64,000 nucleotides of DNA. It comes from a virus. The stretch lies in IMG/VR virus record IMGVR_UViG_3300047557_002951, positions 1 to 64,000 of that record. One strand, written 5' to 3'. The notes under the pieces are model-generated. The model did no database searches. It saw only the letters and a list, made by a program, of their open reading frames with translations, and had not been told where the DNA came from. Within the stretch, counting starts at the first letter, position 1. Every line of letters starts with the position of its first letter. The translations under genes were made by a program, and so were the position numbers. Positions 39,956 through 49,149 of this stretch are shown in pieces.

Positions 39956-40745
39956 TTAATTTCTCCAAGTCGTATTCATTCCACCAGGACTTCCAATCAA
40001 TGAAGAAGTCCTTGTCCCATTCTGTTTGCATATGAAGTGCTAATGAAGGAATGGGAGTGAAGCAATAATATCCTCTTTCATAATAAATCTTACAAATACT
40101 CTCCATTTCCATCGTTGAAGATATTTCACTGGTTCCCATCTTATAAAATAAATCCCAGTTTTGTTTAATGATACTACTATGAGTCATTAAAGTTACTGCT
40201 GGGTGAATGTTGGTTCTCCAGTAACGGTCTTTTCCAACAACAAGATTGCAAAGAACAGCAGTATTTTCTGGTAAATGATACTCTGCTGGTTTATTGAATG
40301 GAAAAATACTTGCTGGTTTTCCTAGATTACAACTAAACTGATTAATAGCATCTATCATTAACTCAACAGAGTTTTGTTGATGAAGAAAGTCATCCTGAAT
40401 AAAATAGACCCAATCCTTTCCACAATCTCTGCCGTGCTCATAGCAACGAAGAATTGAAGGCATTATTCCATAAGTCCCAATATGAGTTAGATTAACTTTG
40501 AACTTTGCTGTAGCAATAAGTGCCTGAAGAATATCTAAGAACTCTTGGTCTGAGTGGTCATCAAAGATTTGGAGTTCTATTTCATAATCAGGATACTGTT
40601 CCTGTGCATAGTTAAGACTATCAATCACAGAAAAAATACATCTTGATGATACTTCTATCTTTGGAGCATTACAATACCTTGTGTGACTATCATCTCGATT
40701 TCCTTTTGAGTGAGACTGAAGAACAACTAATAAATGAGTTTTCAT
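39945..40745 (-). CDS. GT2-like glycosyltransferase
   Basis: IFDDHS, YFIQDDFLH, PSLALH. Confidence 0.75.
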   Translation of the reverse strand: MKTHLLVVLQSHSKGNRDDSHTRYCNAPKIEVSSRCIFSVIDSLNYAQEQYPDYEIELQIFDDHSDQEFLDILQALIATAKFKVNLTHIGTYGIMPSILRCYEHGRDCGKDWVYFIQDDFLHQQNSVELMIDAINQFSCNLGKPASIFPFNKPAEYHLPENTAVLCNLVVGKDRYWRTNIHPAVTLMTHSSIIKQNWDLFYKMGTSEISSTMEMESICKIYYERGYYCFTPIPSLALHMQTEWDKDFFIDWKSWWNEYDLEKLNEN

Positions 40746-41524
40746 AAGTCAAACTTTGAATAAAGTTTTACATTCTCTTCTCCTATTACATCAATAGGAT
40801 TTTGTGAGATTTTGGATAGATTTGGACGAATATCGTGAAGACCTTTTAATCCCCAAGCTTCATCTTTTTGTTCTCCACAAGCATTATCAATATTATTAAA
40901 GGTATTTGTATGAGAAGGAACTTCTAAAAACTCATAGATTTTATTCAACTCTGCTTCTGGATTTTCTACAAGACTATTATATTCTACCAGATGAACCCAG
41001 TCTGAATATTTTGTGAGACCATAAACCATACTCTCATAAGATGGAGCAACATAATATCTCCAAATATATTCAGCACGATTATTATTTGTGATTGGAAGAT
41101 TGTCTTGTCTTAAATGATTATCAATAAAATTATTTTCGTGCTTTGTTCTTTCTATGAGTGAAATATAAGATGTAAGAACTTCTGGAATAGAACGATATGT
41201 AGCAACAATCTTTGGTTTATTAGAAAGAAACATTTGAACAGTATCAAGGTTCTTACCCCAAAATCTGTGCTTGTCTAGGATTGTTGACTTTGGAATATGA
41301 TTATAAAAGTTAGCAAGAACTGCCTTATAAACATTATAAGATATTGCTTTGCGGTCAAAGGTAAACTGCTGGTCTACTTTGTTGAATGATTGCTCAATAT
41401 CAGTCACCACATCACCTAATGGAGATGTTGGAGATACATAAATGTCTGGATGTTGATTGAGAAGTGAACCCAATAATGTAGAACCACTTCTTGGAAGTCC
41501 TCCAAGAAAATATAATGTCTTCAT
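40742..41524 (-). CDS. PAPS-dependent sulfotransferase family protein
   Basis: GGLPRSGSTLL..NQHP, DKHR, R....SY, VEYNSLV..P. Confidence 0.85.
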   Translation of the reverse strand: MKTLYFLGGLPRSGSTLLGSLLNQHPDIYVSPTSPLGDVVTDIEQSFNKVDQQFTFDRKAISYNVYKAVLANFYNHIPKSTILDKHRFWGKNLDTVQMFLSNKPKIVATYRSIPEVLTSYISLIERTKHENNFIDNHLRQDNLPITNNNRAEYIWRYYVAPSYESMVYGLTKYSDWVHLVEYNSLVENPEAELNKIYEFLEVPSHTNTFNNIDNACGEQKDEAWGLKGLHDIRPNLSKISQNPIDVIGEENVKLYSKFDL

Positions 41525-41547
41525 AATGTTTTGATTGTTATGAGTAT

Positions 41548-42732
41548 TTAGATTACTGGGTCAATGTAGGTGAGTGCTGCTGTATAAAAAGTTCTACCAC
41601 TTACTTGCTTCCAGTTGGTTCCACCAGCAAATGTAGTGACTGGAGTTGATACATTGGTTATTTGTGCATTTCCAAGTTGTCCATTATTATTACGACCCCA
41701 AGTCCATAAAGTTCCATTGGTCTTGATTGCAGATGTATGTTCACTTCCACTATTACTATTCACTTGTTTCCAATCGGTTCCTCCAGCAAATGTTGTAACT
41801 GGAGTGGATACATCAGTTGTTGATGCATTTCCAAGTCTTCCAAAATATCCATAACCCCAAGTCCATAGAGTTCCATCGGTTTTAATTGCTACTGTATGAC
41901 CATATCCACTATGCACCTGTTTCCAGTTCGTTCCGCCGGAAAAGGTGGTGATTGGAGTGGATATACTAAATGTTGTTACTACTGCATTTCCAATTCGTCC
42001 ATTAGCACTATTACCCCAAGTCCATAGAGTTCCATCAGTTTTGATTGCTGATGTATGTGAATTTTGAGAACTTACTTGTTTCCAGTTATTTCCTCCAGCA
42101 AATGTAGTAACTGGAGTAGATCTATTGTTTACTTGCGCGTTTCCAAGTTGTCCAAGATTCCCTCGACCCCAAGTCCATAGAGTTCCATCAGTTTTGATTG
42201 CTGATGTATAAGCATATCCACAACTTACTTGTTTCCAGTTGGTTCCTCCAGCAAATGTAGTGACCGGAGTTGATACATTGGTTATTGTTGCATTTCCAAG
42301 TTGTCCAAAATTCCCTCTACCCCAAGTCCATAGAGTTCCATCAGTTTTGATTGCTGATGTATATTGACCTCCACTACTCACTTGCTTCCAGTTGGTTCCT
42401 CCAGCAAATGTAGTGACCGGAGTGGATATACTACCTGTTGTTACTGCATTTCCAAGTCGTCCATAACCTCCATTACCCCAAATCCATAAGGTTCCATCAG
42501 TTTTGATTGCTGCTGTATGATTATCTCCACTACTCACTTGTTTCCAGTTGGTTCCTCCAGTAGAGGTAGTGACTGGAGTGGACCTATTGGTTGTTTGTGC
42601 GTTTCCAAGTCTTCCATAAGTTCCACCACCCCAAGTCCATAAGTTCCCATCACTGAACATATCAGCAGGTACAAAGATATCATCAAAACTATAATCAAGT
42701 CCGTTTTCTCTAAAGTTATAGAATGTAGGCAT
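41548..42732 (-). CDS. RCC1/BLIP-II beta-propeller protein, 7 repeats
   Basis: About 51-aa repeats [19 protein letters not shown]..[17 protein letters not shown]. Confidence 0.9.
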   Translation of the reverse strand: MPTFYNFRENGLDYSFDDIFVPADMFSDGNLWTWGGGTYGRLGNAQTTNRSTPVTTSTGGTNWKQVSSGDNHTAAIKTDGTLWIWGNGGYGRLGNAVTTGSISTPVTTFAGGTNWKQVSSGGQYTSAIKTDGTLWTWGRGNFGQLGNATITNVSTPVTTFAGGTNWKQVSCGYAYTSAIKTDGTLWTWGRGNLGQLGNAQVNNRSTPVTTFAGGNNWKQVSSQNSHTSAIKTDGTLWTWGNSANGRIGNAVVTTFSISTPITTFSGGTNWKQVHSGYGHTVAIKTDGTLWTWGYGYFGRLGNASTTDVSTPVTTFAGGTDWKQVNSNSGSEHTSAIKTNGTLWTWGRNNNGQLGNAQITNVSTPVTTFAGGTNWKQVSGRTFYTAALTYIDPVI

Positions 42733-42753
42733 TTGGAGTTCTTGGAAAAGACT

Positions 42754-43107
42754 TTATTCTACGAAAATCACAGGAGTGTTCATACTTTCACTCCACTTTT
42801 GAAGATATTGTTTAACTTCACTTTTTACTTCTTTATTATTTATTGCTAGTGCTTTTAGATATTGACCATTCTCATTAGTTTCCACAGAGACTAATACATT
42901 ACACTTATCAGGTCTCATTTCTTCTGGAAGTAAATGTTGAGACCAAGCACACTGATAATCTCTACAAACTTCTGGTCGTGCTTTATGAACTCCGCAACCA
43001 TTACACTCTAAAAACTTACAAGATTTTCCTGCTCCAAACTTCCATCCAAAAGCATCACCAATCAACCAAGAACAGCAAGCAGTGCATTCTCCACACTCAC
43101 GAAACAT
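42754..43107 (-). CDS. CxxCxxCC (YkgJ-like) cysteine-cluster protein
   Basis: CGECTACC..CKFL..CGVH..RPEVCRDYQC; start moved to MFRECG. Confidence 0.8.
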   Translation of the reverse strand: MFRECGECTACCSWLIGDAFGWKFGAGKSCKFLECNGCGVHKARPEVCRDYQCAWSQHLLPEEMRPDKCNVLVSVETNENGQYLKALAINNKEVKSEVKQYLQKWSESMNTPVIFVE

Positions 43108-43753
43108 AATCTTCCTCCCTATAATAATGGGTATAAGAATCAAAAATACCCGGTTGATGAATAGATTTTGGATTGGAGTTTGGATTACTTCCTATCCATA
43201 GTTCTCTATCTATACGATAATCACTATAAAGAAATTTATGGTCTAATGTTTGTATGTGTTTTGAAGTTGCCCACCAAAAGTTTCCAGTAAAATTATATGT
43301 ACCTTCTACTGGTTTTGTTGTTGTTCCGTCACTCCATAAAGTTTCTCCAACTGGATTTAAATTTGCACCAACACAATCATAATCATTCAAGTATTCTACA
43401 CACTCTTTCCACTTATCAATCACAAAGTGTTCCATCATTAATCTCCAAGCATTAGCAGTCAAAGTTCCTTTACTTGCTCCCTTCATATGAAAATATAAAA
43501 TCTTATAATCGGGATTTTCATATGCAAAATCTTTAAGAGCAATTAGAGTTTCTGTTTCTTCTTTCCAATTTTTATTGTATAAAACTTTTGCCTTTGACGG
43601 AACATAAAACATTTCTTCATTTCCATTTACACCAATATGAAAATGATTTACTTCATTTAAAAGACCCGATACAAATAATCTATTAATTTGTTGTTGGTAA
43701 ATGAAAGCAGAAATATTATTTTGAAATGTATGATAAAAGACTGCGATTTTCAT
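43097..43753 (-). CDS. hypothetical protein, possibly glycosyltransferase-like
   Basis: LYFHMKG, YDCVG, FTGNFWW, RIDRELWIG; lies within the GT cluster. Confidence 0.55.
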   Translation of the reverse strand: MKIAVFYHTFQNNISAFIYQQQINRLFVSGLLNEVNHFHIGVNGNEEMFYVPSKAKVLYNKNWKEETETLIALKDFAYENPDYKILYFHMKGASKGTLTANAWRLMMEHFVIDKWKECVEYLNDYDCVGANLNPVGETLWSDGTTTKPVEGTYNFTGNFWWATSKHIQTLDHKFLYSDYRIDRELWIGSNPNSNPKSIHQPGIFDSYTHYYREEDYVS

Positions 43754-44529
43754 ATATTATATTGGACTCCTTCCATTCCTTTAATTACATTCAACCCAAG
43801 ATTTGGAATGCTAATGATATTCTTTTTATTTAAGAAACGATAAAGAGAATGTTCGACATCAGTTCCAGCAGTAAATTGAATCATTTTTTCCATATAAACA
43901 AATGCTCTTTCAAGTGCTTCAACTGCTTCATTAAATAACATTCTATCAAAAGACCACAAACCAGTAATCATCATACCCTTTGCTCCATAAAGATAGGCAT
44001 AGACATTCTCAAGTTCCTTATCATTAAAGTTTTCTGCTTCTTGTGGAAGATACTCATAACTTTTAATCACATACTTGTTCTCAAGAAACTTACTTTGATA
44101 ATCTTGAATATTAAAATCGTCATTAAGTAAATATCTTCCAGTAAGTTTGAATACTCTTTGACTATCACTAAAAAGATTATGTTTTTTGATTACATAAAGA
44201 CTATTCAATAATCCTCTGGTTTCCAATAAGGATTTTCCATAAGTAATCAGTTCAGGTCTTTTTTCAAGATTTTCATAGATTTGCTGAAGAACTAGTTCAT
44301 TATAAAACTCCAAAAACAAATCTGCTTTTTCTTTGAATATCTCTTTTTGCTTTTCATCAATAGGTTTTGATGAGCACTCAAATAAAACTACATATGAGTC
44401 TGGAACTTTTTTACGAATACATTCAATTGTTTCTAAAGTCTGTTCAAATCTTTGTTGCTCATCATATGCACTAAACTTATCTTCTTGAAAGTGTTTGAGT
44501 GCTGAACCTACTAAAAATAAAAACTTCAT
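43750..44529 (-). CDS. hypothetical protein, possibly GT-A-like
   Basis: RFEQTLETI..IRKKVP..ECS, GKSLLE, FKLTGRY, DVEH. Confidence 0.55.
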   Translation of the reverse strand: MKFLFLVGSALKHFQEDKFSAYDEQQRFEQTLETIECIRKKVPDSYVVLFECSSKPIDEKQKEIFKEKADLFLEFYNELVLQQIYENLEKRPELITYGKSLLETRGLLNSLYVIKKHNLFSDSQRVFKLTGRYLLNDDFNIQDYQSKFLENKYVIKSYEYLPQEAENFNDKELENVYAYLYGAKGMMITGLWSFDRMLFNEAVEALERAFVYMEKMIQFTAGTDVEHSLYRFLNKKNIISIPNLGLNVIKGMEGVQYNI

Positions 44530-44984
44530 AAGTAATCTGTGTTAAAACTAATAATAATCCGTTCTTCAGTTTCTTCTTCAGTATAATGAACTAAATCACT
44601 TGAAAAGATAGTCAAAAGACCTGGATATGGTTGTACTTGTGTGTCTGGAAATATCAAAGGAGTGCTACCAGAAATATAAAATGCTCCACTTATAATACTT
44701 TCTTCGTGCTTATGTGCCTTGAGTTTATTTCCTGCTTGTGAGATATTGAACCAACTGTTGATAAACTTGAGTGGTGGAATCTCATACTTATTACAATATA
44801 ATCTAACATATTGCTTAAGAATATTTCGCAATCCAGTCAATTCTGGATACATTAGAACAGGCATTCCGTGATTGTAAGTAGAAACACCTTTAGTTACAAG
44901 ACCATGAGAACTGGTTTCTATTTCAAGAAGTTTGGTCTTAATGATATTTAGATTGAGAAAAGAAAGGTTATACTCCTCTATCAT
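44526..44984 (-). CDS. putative 2OG-Fe(II) oxygenase, TIGR02466-like
   Basis: SWFN..HKH..SGAFYI..IFSSDLVH..RIIISFN. Confidence 0.8.
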   Translation of the reverse strand: MIEEYNLSFLNLNIIKTKLLEIETSSHGLVTKGVSTYNHGMPVLMYPELTGLRNILKQYVRLYCNKYEIPPLKFINSWFNISQAGNKLKAHKHEESIISGAFYISGSTPLIFPDTQVQPYPGLLTIFSSDLVHYTEEETEERIIISFNTDYL

Positions 44985-46308
44985 TGAGAAACTCTCCCAG
45001 TTGTTTCAAAGGTTCGTCCCAGTTTCTTGGTTTCTTTTGCTTGAAGAGATGAACATTGTCTCCATACCACCAAGACTTTCCTGTAGAACTTGTCCATACA
45101 TAATATTCCATAATCGGTACAAACACGCAGACTTCTTTGCCTTGTGCTGCTGCGATATGAGCAATAGAAGTGCAAGAAGTAATCACCAAGTCCATTTGAG
45201 ATACAAGTGAAAATGTATCTGTAAAATCACGATTTGGAATATCAAAAGTCTTTACATTATATCCTTCTGGTGGTTGTTGGTCTGGTAGTTGTAGAGAATA
45301 TAAAGATGCTTTTGTCTTTGAGAGAATATCAAAGAGTGGTTCTGGTTGAATAGAACGGAAATGTGCTTGCTCAAATCCAGAACCAGAATTCCAGAATGCT
45401 CCAATCTTATACTTTTTGTCTTCCTTTAGGTATGAATATTGTTCTTCTTTTTCTGGTAGTGGGTTTAGATAAGGAGTTTGACCTAAATCTTCTACTTTGA
45501 GATTGAGATAATAAGGTAGAGCAAGAGCATAAACCCAACAAGCATCCTCTGGAAACTCTGGTTCATCGTAAATACAAACAGAATGAAACCCATTATAGTT
45601 GAAGAGTTTCACCAGTTCTTTTCTTGTAGAAGTCCAAATTGGGTTCATACCAAGTTCTTTGAGGTGCTTCATAAAACGAATATGAATAACCTCATCACCA
45701 GCACCACACTGACTATCAATTAAAATCGTTCTTTCTGGTTCTGGTGTTCCATCCCACTTTGGAAATGGTGGAAGTTGTCGGTTCTTATATGCCTCTACTT
45801 CTCCTGCCTTAAGAAAGTGTTGAAGTCCTGTATGAATATCATCTTTCCTAAAGTAATGACCTGATAAGTTGTGATATGCCTTTCTTTCTATTTCTTCTGG
45901 TAATGGTTTTTTGATGAGGTCAAATAAAAGTTTTTCTGATTTTTCTTTTTGGTTAAGAGCAGAATATGAAAATGTTTCCTCTAAAAGAAGTTCAGTATCT
46001 TGAGGATTTTGCGATTTGATTTTTGAGATTTGAGTGATTGCTTTTTCTGGATAGTTGTTTTGATTATATGCGTTGATTAGATTTTTTGTGGTTGTATATT
46101 TTTCTTCTTTTGATTTAGCAAGTTTGAGTGCCTTCTCACCATAAGTAATCGCATTTGAGAAATCTTTAATCTCAAAGAAAATCTTTGCTACATCATCATA
46201 TTGCTGAAAAGTTTCTGCTCTCTTTCCAAATGCTTGAAGAACTTGTGTCGTCAGTTCTTTTTCATCAAAGGAATATAGAGTCTTTGTGACCAACTCAAGA
46301 GGGTTCAT
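44968..46308 (-). CDS. TPR-containing GT-B/GT9-like glycosyltransferase
   Basis: N-terminal TPR helices; WDG..QCGAGD..IRF; FTDT..MDLVITSCTSIAHIAAA..WY..LFKQ. Confidence 0.85.
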   Translation of the reverse strand: MNPLELVTKTLYSFDEKELTTQVLQAFGKRAETFQQYDDVAKIFFEIKDFSNAITYGEKALKLAKSKEEKYTTTKNLINAYNQNNYPEKAITQISKIKSQNPQDTELLLEETFSYSALNQKEKSEKLLFDLIKKPLPEEIERKAYHNLSGHYFRKDDIHTGLQHFLKAGEVEAYKNRQLPPFPKWDGTPEPERTILIDSQCGAGDEVIHIRFMKHLKELGMNPIWTSTRKELVKLFNYNGFHSVCIYDEPEFPEDACWVYALALPYYLNLKVEDLGQTPYLNPLPEKEEQYSYLKEDKKYKIGAFWNSGSGFEQAHFRSIQPEPLFDILSKTKASLYSLQLPDQQPPEGYNVKTFDIPNRDFTDTFSLVSQMDLVITSCTSIAHIAAAQGKEVCVFVPIMEYYVWTSSTGKSWWYGDNVHLFKQKKPRNWDEPLKQLGEFLNDRGV

Positions 46309-46336
46309 AAAGAATATTATGTGTTTTCAGTATTTA

Positions 46337-47581
46337 TTAGAAACTTGCGAAGTCTACTGATTTGATTGCTACTGTGTGATTACCTCCAATAGCACTTACT
46401 TGTTTCCAGTTGGTTCCGCCGGCAAAGGTGGTGACTGGAGTGGATTTACTGTTTGTTTCTGCATTTCCAAGTTGTCCACTAGATCCACCACCCCAAGTCC
46501 AAAGAGTTCCATCAGTTTTGATTGCAGATGTATTACGATATCCAGCACCCACTTGTTTCCAGTTGGTTCCTCCAGCGAATGTGGTGACTGGAGTGCTTAT
46601 ATTACCTGTTATTACTGCATTTCCAAGTTGTCCATTAGCACCAAAACCCCAAGTCCATAAAGTTCCATCGGTCTTGATTGCAGATGTATATTCACCTCCA
46701 CTACTCACTTGTTTCCAGTTAGTTCCACCAGCAAATGTTGTTACTGGAGTGGATATACTACCTGTTGTTACTGCGTTTCCAAGTCGTCCATTAGCACTAT
46801 TACCCCAAGACCAAAGAGTTCCATCGGTTTTGATTGCTGACATATGTTGACTTCCACAACTCACTTGTTTCCAGTTGGTTCCTCCAGCAAATGTAGTAAC
46901 TGGAGTTGATACATTGGTTGTTACTGCGTTTCCAAGTCTTCCAAAAGATCCAACACCCCAGGTCCATAAAGTTCCATCGGTCTTGATTGCTGCTGTATGA
47001 TTACCTCCACTACTCACTTGTTTCCAGTTATTTCCTCCAGCAAATGTGGTGACTGGAGTTGATATATTACCTGTTGTTACTGCGTTTCCAAGTTTTCCAC
47101 CAGATCCACTACCCCAAGTCCATAGGGTTCCGTCAGTTTTGATTGCTGCTATAAAATCACCTCCAATAGACGGTGGTGGACCAGCACTGACTTGTTTCCA
47201 GTTAGTTCCTCCAGCGAATGTTGTAACTGGAGTGGACCTATTGGTTGTTTGTGCGTTTCCAAGTCTCCCATAAGTTCCAAAACCCCAAGTCCATAAAGTT
47301 CCATCAGTTTTGATTGCTGCATTAAAACCATTTCCACCACTCACTTGTTTCCAATTGGTTCCTCCAGCAAAAGTAGTGATTGGAGTGGACCTATTACCTG
47401 TTGTTGTTCCATTTCCAAGAATTGAAACATTTCCAAGACCCCAAATCCACAACTCAGGAGGAATACCAATCTGCTGACCAATCTCAGGATAAACACTAAT
47501 TAAATAATCTTTAGTGACCAGTTTATTCCCTAAATCAACACCATTACTATCTTTAAAGTTAGTAGTTGGTTCTATGCTCAT
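46337..47581 (-). CDS. RCC1/BLIP-II beta-propeller protein, 7 repeats
   Basis: Same repeat scaffold as 41548..42732. Confidence 0.9.
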   Translation of the reverse strand: MSIEPTTNFKDSNGVDLGNKLVTKDYLISVYPEIGQQIGIPPELWIWGLGNVSILGNGTTTGNRSTPITTFAGGTNWKQVSGGNGFNAAIKTDGTLWTWGFGTYGRLGNAQTTNRSTPVTTFAGGTNWKQVSAGPPPSIGGDFIAAIKTDGTLWTWGSGSGGKLGNAVTTGNISTPVTTFAGGNNWKQVSSGGNHTAAIKTDGTLWTWGVGSFGRLGNAVTTNVSTPVTTFAGGTNWKQVSCGSQHMSAIKTDGTLWSWGNSANGRLGNAVTTGSISTPVTTFAGGTNWKQVSSGGEYTSAIKTDGTLWTWGFGANGQLGNAVITGNISTPVTTFAGGTNWKQVGAGYRNTSAIKTDGTLWTWGGGSSGQLGNAETNSKSTPVTTFAGGTNWKQVSAIGGNHTVAIKSVDFASF

Positions 47582-47582
47582 T

Positions 47583-48242
47583 TTATCCCTCTACTGGTTC
47601 TGGTTGTTCTTTAATCACAACAGCATAAACAGCATCAATTTCCACACAAGCATCAATTTCTTGAAGTTTTGCTAACTCCCAGTCAAATGCTGCCTGAACA
47701 ACGGCATCAATCTCACTTATAATCGTTTGAAGTTCTTCTGTAGTAATCTCCAACCAAGTATTCTGGAACTTAAAGTTATGAGGTCCTGGAGATGCTGCTA
47801 ACTTGCTTGCTAAAAGAAGTCTCTCTTCTCTTGAAGTTGATACTTCTACTTCCGTATTATTGACTATGAGAGTGATGATAGTATTTTCTTTTTCTCTTCT
47901 TGCTGGAGCAACCTCTTGCTTTCTAATATTTTTAACTTCTTCTAAGGTCTTATCTGTGATTGGATAAGTGAATACAACCTTTACTGGAACCTCATTTTCT
48001 TTTACAATTTCCCAAGTGAAGTTTCCAACATTATGATACTTTGGGTCGTGTTCTGGTATTACTCTTTCAGTTGGAACAAGATGAGTAAGACCATCACTAA
48101 AATGAATAGGAAGTGAAGAAAAACTTTGTGATGATATTCTTTCTTCTACTTCAAGTTCTTCTAACTCTTCATTGATATAACGAACATTCAATCCAAAAGG
48201 ACCAAGTTCTAATGAGTTATTATGAATAAGTGCGATTTCCAT
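47583..48242 (-). CDS. DUF4376-like tail-associated protein
   Basis: Start moved to MEIALIH after CATAAATA (48256-48263); V...R...E..NFKF..W..VQAAFDWE pattern. Confidence 0.65.
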   Translation of the reverse strand: MEIALIHNNSLELGPFGLNVRYINEELEELEVEERISSQSFSSLPIHFSDGLTHLVPTERVIPEHDPKYHNVGNFTWEIVKENEVPVKVVFTYPITDKTLEEVKNIRKQEVAPARREKENTIITLIVNNTEVEVSTSREERLLLASKLAASPGPHNFKFQNTWLEITTEELQTIISEIDAVVQAAFDWELAKLQEIDACVEIDAVYAVVIKEQPEPVEG

Positions 48243-48264
48243 TGGTCTTTTTAGGTATTTATGT

Positions 48265-49149
48265 TTATGAGAATGGGTATTCTGCTGAGATTCCTGCTTG
48301 GACTGCTGCTGTATGAGAAGATATACTAGCACTAACTTGTTTCCAGTTGGTTCCACCAGCAAATGTGGTGATTGGAGTGGATCTATTACCTACTATTACT
48401 GCATTTCCAAGTCTTCCATAAGACCCAAGACCCCAAGTCCATAAGGTTCCATCAGTTTTGATTGCTGCTGTATGAAAATATCCACTACTTACTTGTTTCC
48501 AGTTGGTTCCTCCAGCAAATGTAGTGACTGGAGTTGATACATTGGTTGTTACTGCGTTTCCAAGTTGTCCAGTATTTCCACGACCCCAAGTCCATAGAGT
48601 TCCATCGGTTTTAATTGCTACTGTATATTGGTATCCACTACTCACTTGTTTCCAGTTGGTTCCTCCAGCAAATGTGGTGACTGGAGTGGATCTACTGGTT
48701 ATTGCTGCATTTCCAAGTTGTCCATTAGTTCCACCACCCCAAGTCCATAAGGTTCCATCAGTCTTGATTGCTGCTGTATGATTACCTCCAACACTTACTT
48801 GTTTCCAGTTGTTCCCTCCAGCAAATGTGGTGACTGGAGTGGATATAGTACCTGTTGTTACTCCATTTCCAAGTTGTCCACTAGTTCCAATTCCCCAAGT
48901 CCATAAAGTTCCATCAGTTTTGATTGCTGCTGTGCAATTACTAGCACCACTAACTTGTTTCCAGTTGGTTCCTCCAGCAAATGTGGTGACTGGAGTGGAT
49001 ATATTGGTTATTGCTGCATTTCCAAGTTGTCCACTAGGTCCAGAACCCCAAGTCCATAAAGTATCTCCAACATATTGGTCAATCAACCAATAATCAGTTA
49101 CAAAATAGTTTTCTAAGTCACCTTCTGGCGAGAAAAACTGATTAGGCAT
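48265..49149 (-). CDS. RCC1/BLIP-II repeat protein, 5 repeats
   Basis: Same scaffold, five LWTWG units. Confidence 0.9.
   Translation of the reverse strand: MPNQFFSPEGDLENYFVTDYWLIDQYVGDTLWTWGSGPSGQLGNAAITNISTPVTTFAGGTNWKQVSGASNCTAAIKTDGTLWTWGIGTSGQLGNGVTTGTISTPVTTFAGGNNWKQVSVGGNHTAAIKTDGTLWTWGGGTNGQLGNAAITSRSTPVTTFAGGTNWKQVSSGYQYTVAIKTDGTLWTWGRGNTGQLGNAVTTNVSTPVTTFAGGTNWKQVSSGYFHTAAIKTDGTLWTWGLGSYGRLGNAVIVGNRSTPITTFAGGTNWKQVSASISSHTAAVQAGISAEYPFS

Noticed and set aside
15243-46308. Bacterial O-antigen or capsule locus
   Set aside because: No wzx/wzy/wzm or sugar-synthesis genes; the enzymes are interleaved with virion genes under T4-type late promoters
41548-49149. CRISPR-like pattern of conserved and variable segments with a period of about 153 bp
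   Set aside because: In-frame RCC1 coding repeats with synonymous variation; no cas genes and wrong geometry
41548-49149. A complete diversity-generating retroelement
   Set aside because: No reverse transcriptase, accessory gene or non-coding template repeat in the window; loop indels and CAA/GAA codons do not fit adenine-only mutagenesis; kept only as a testable hint
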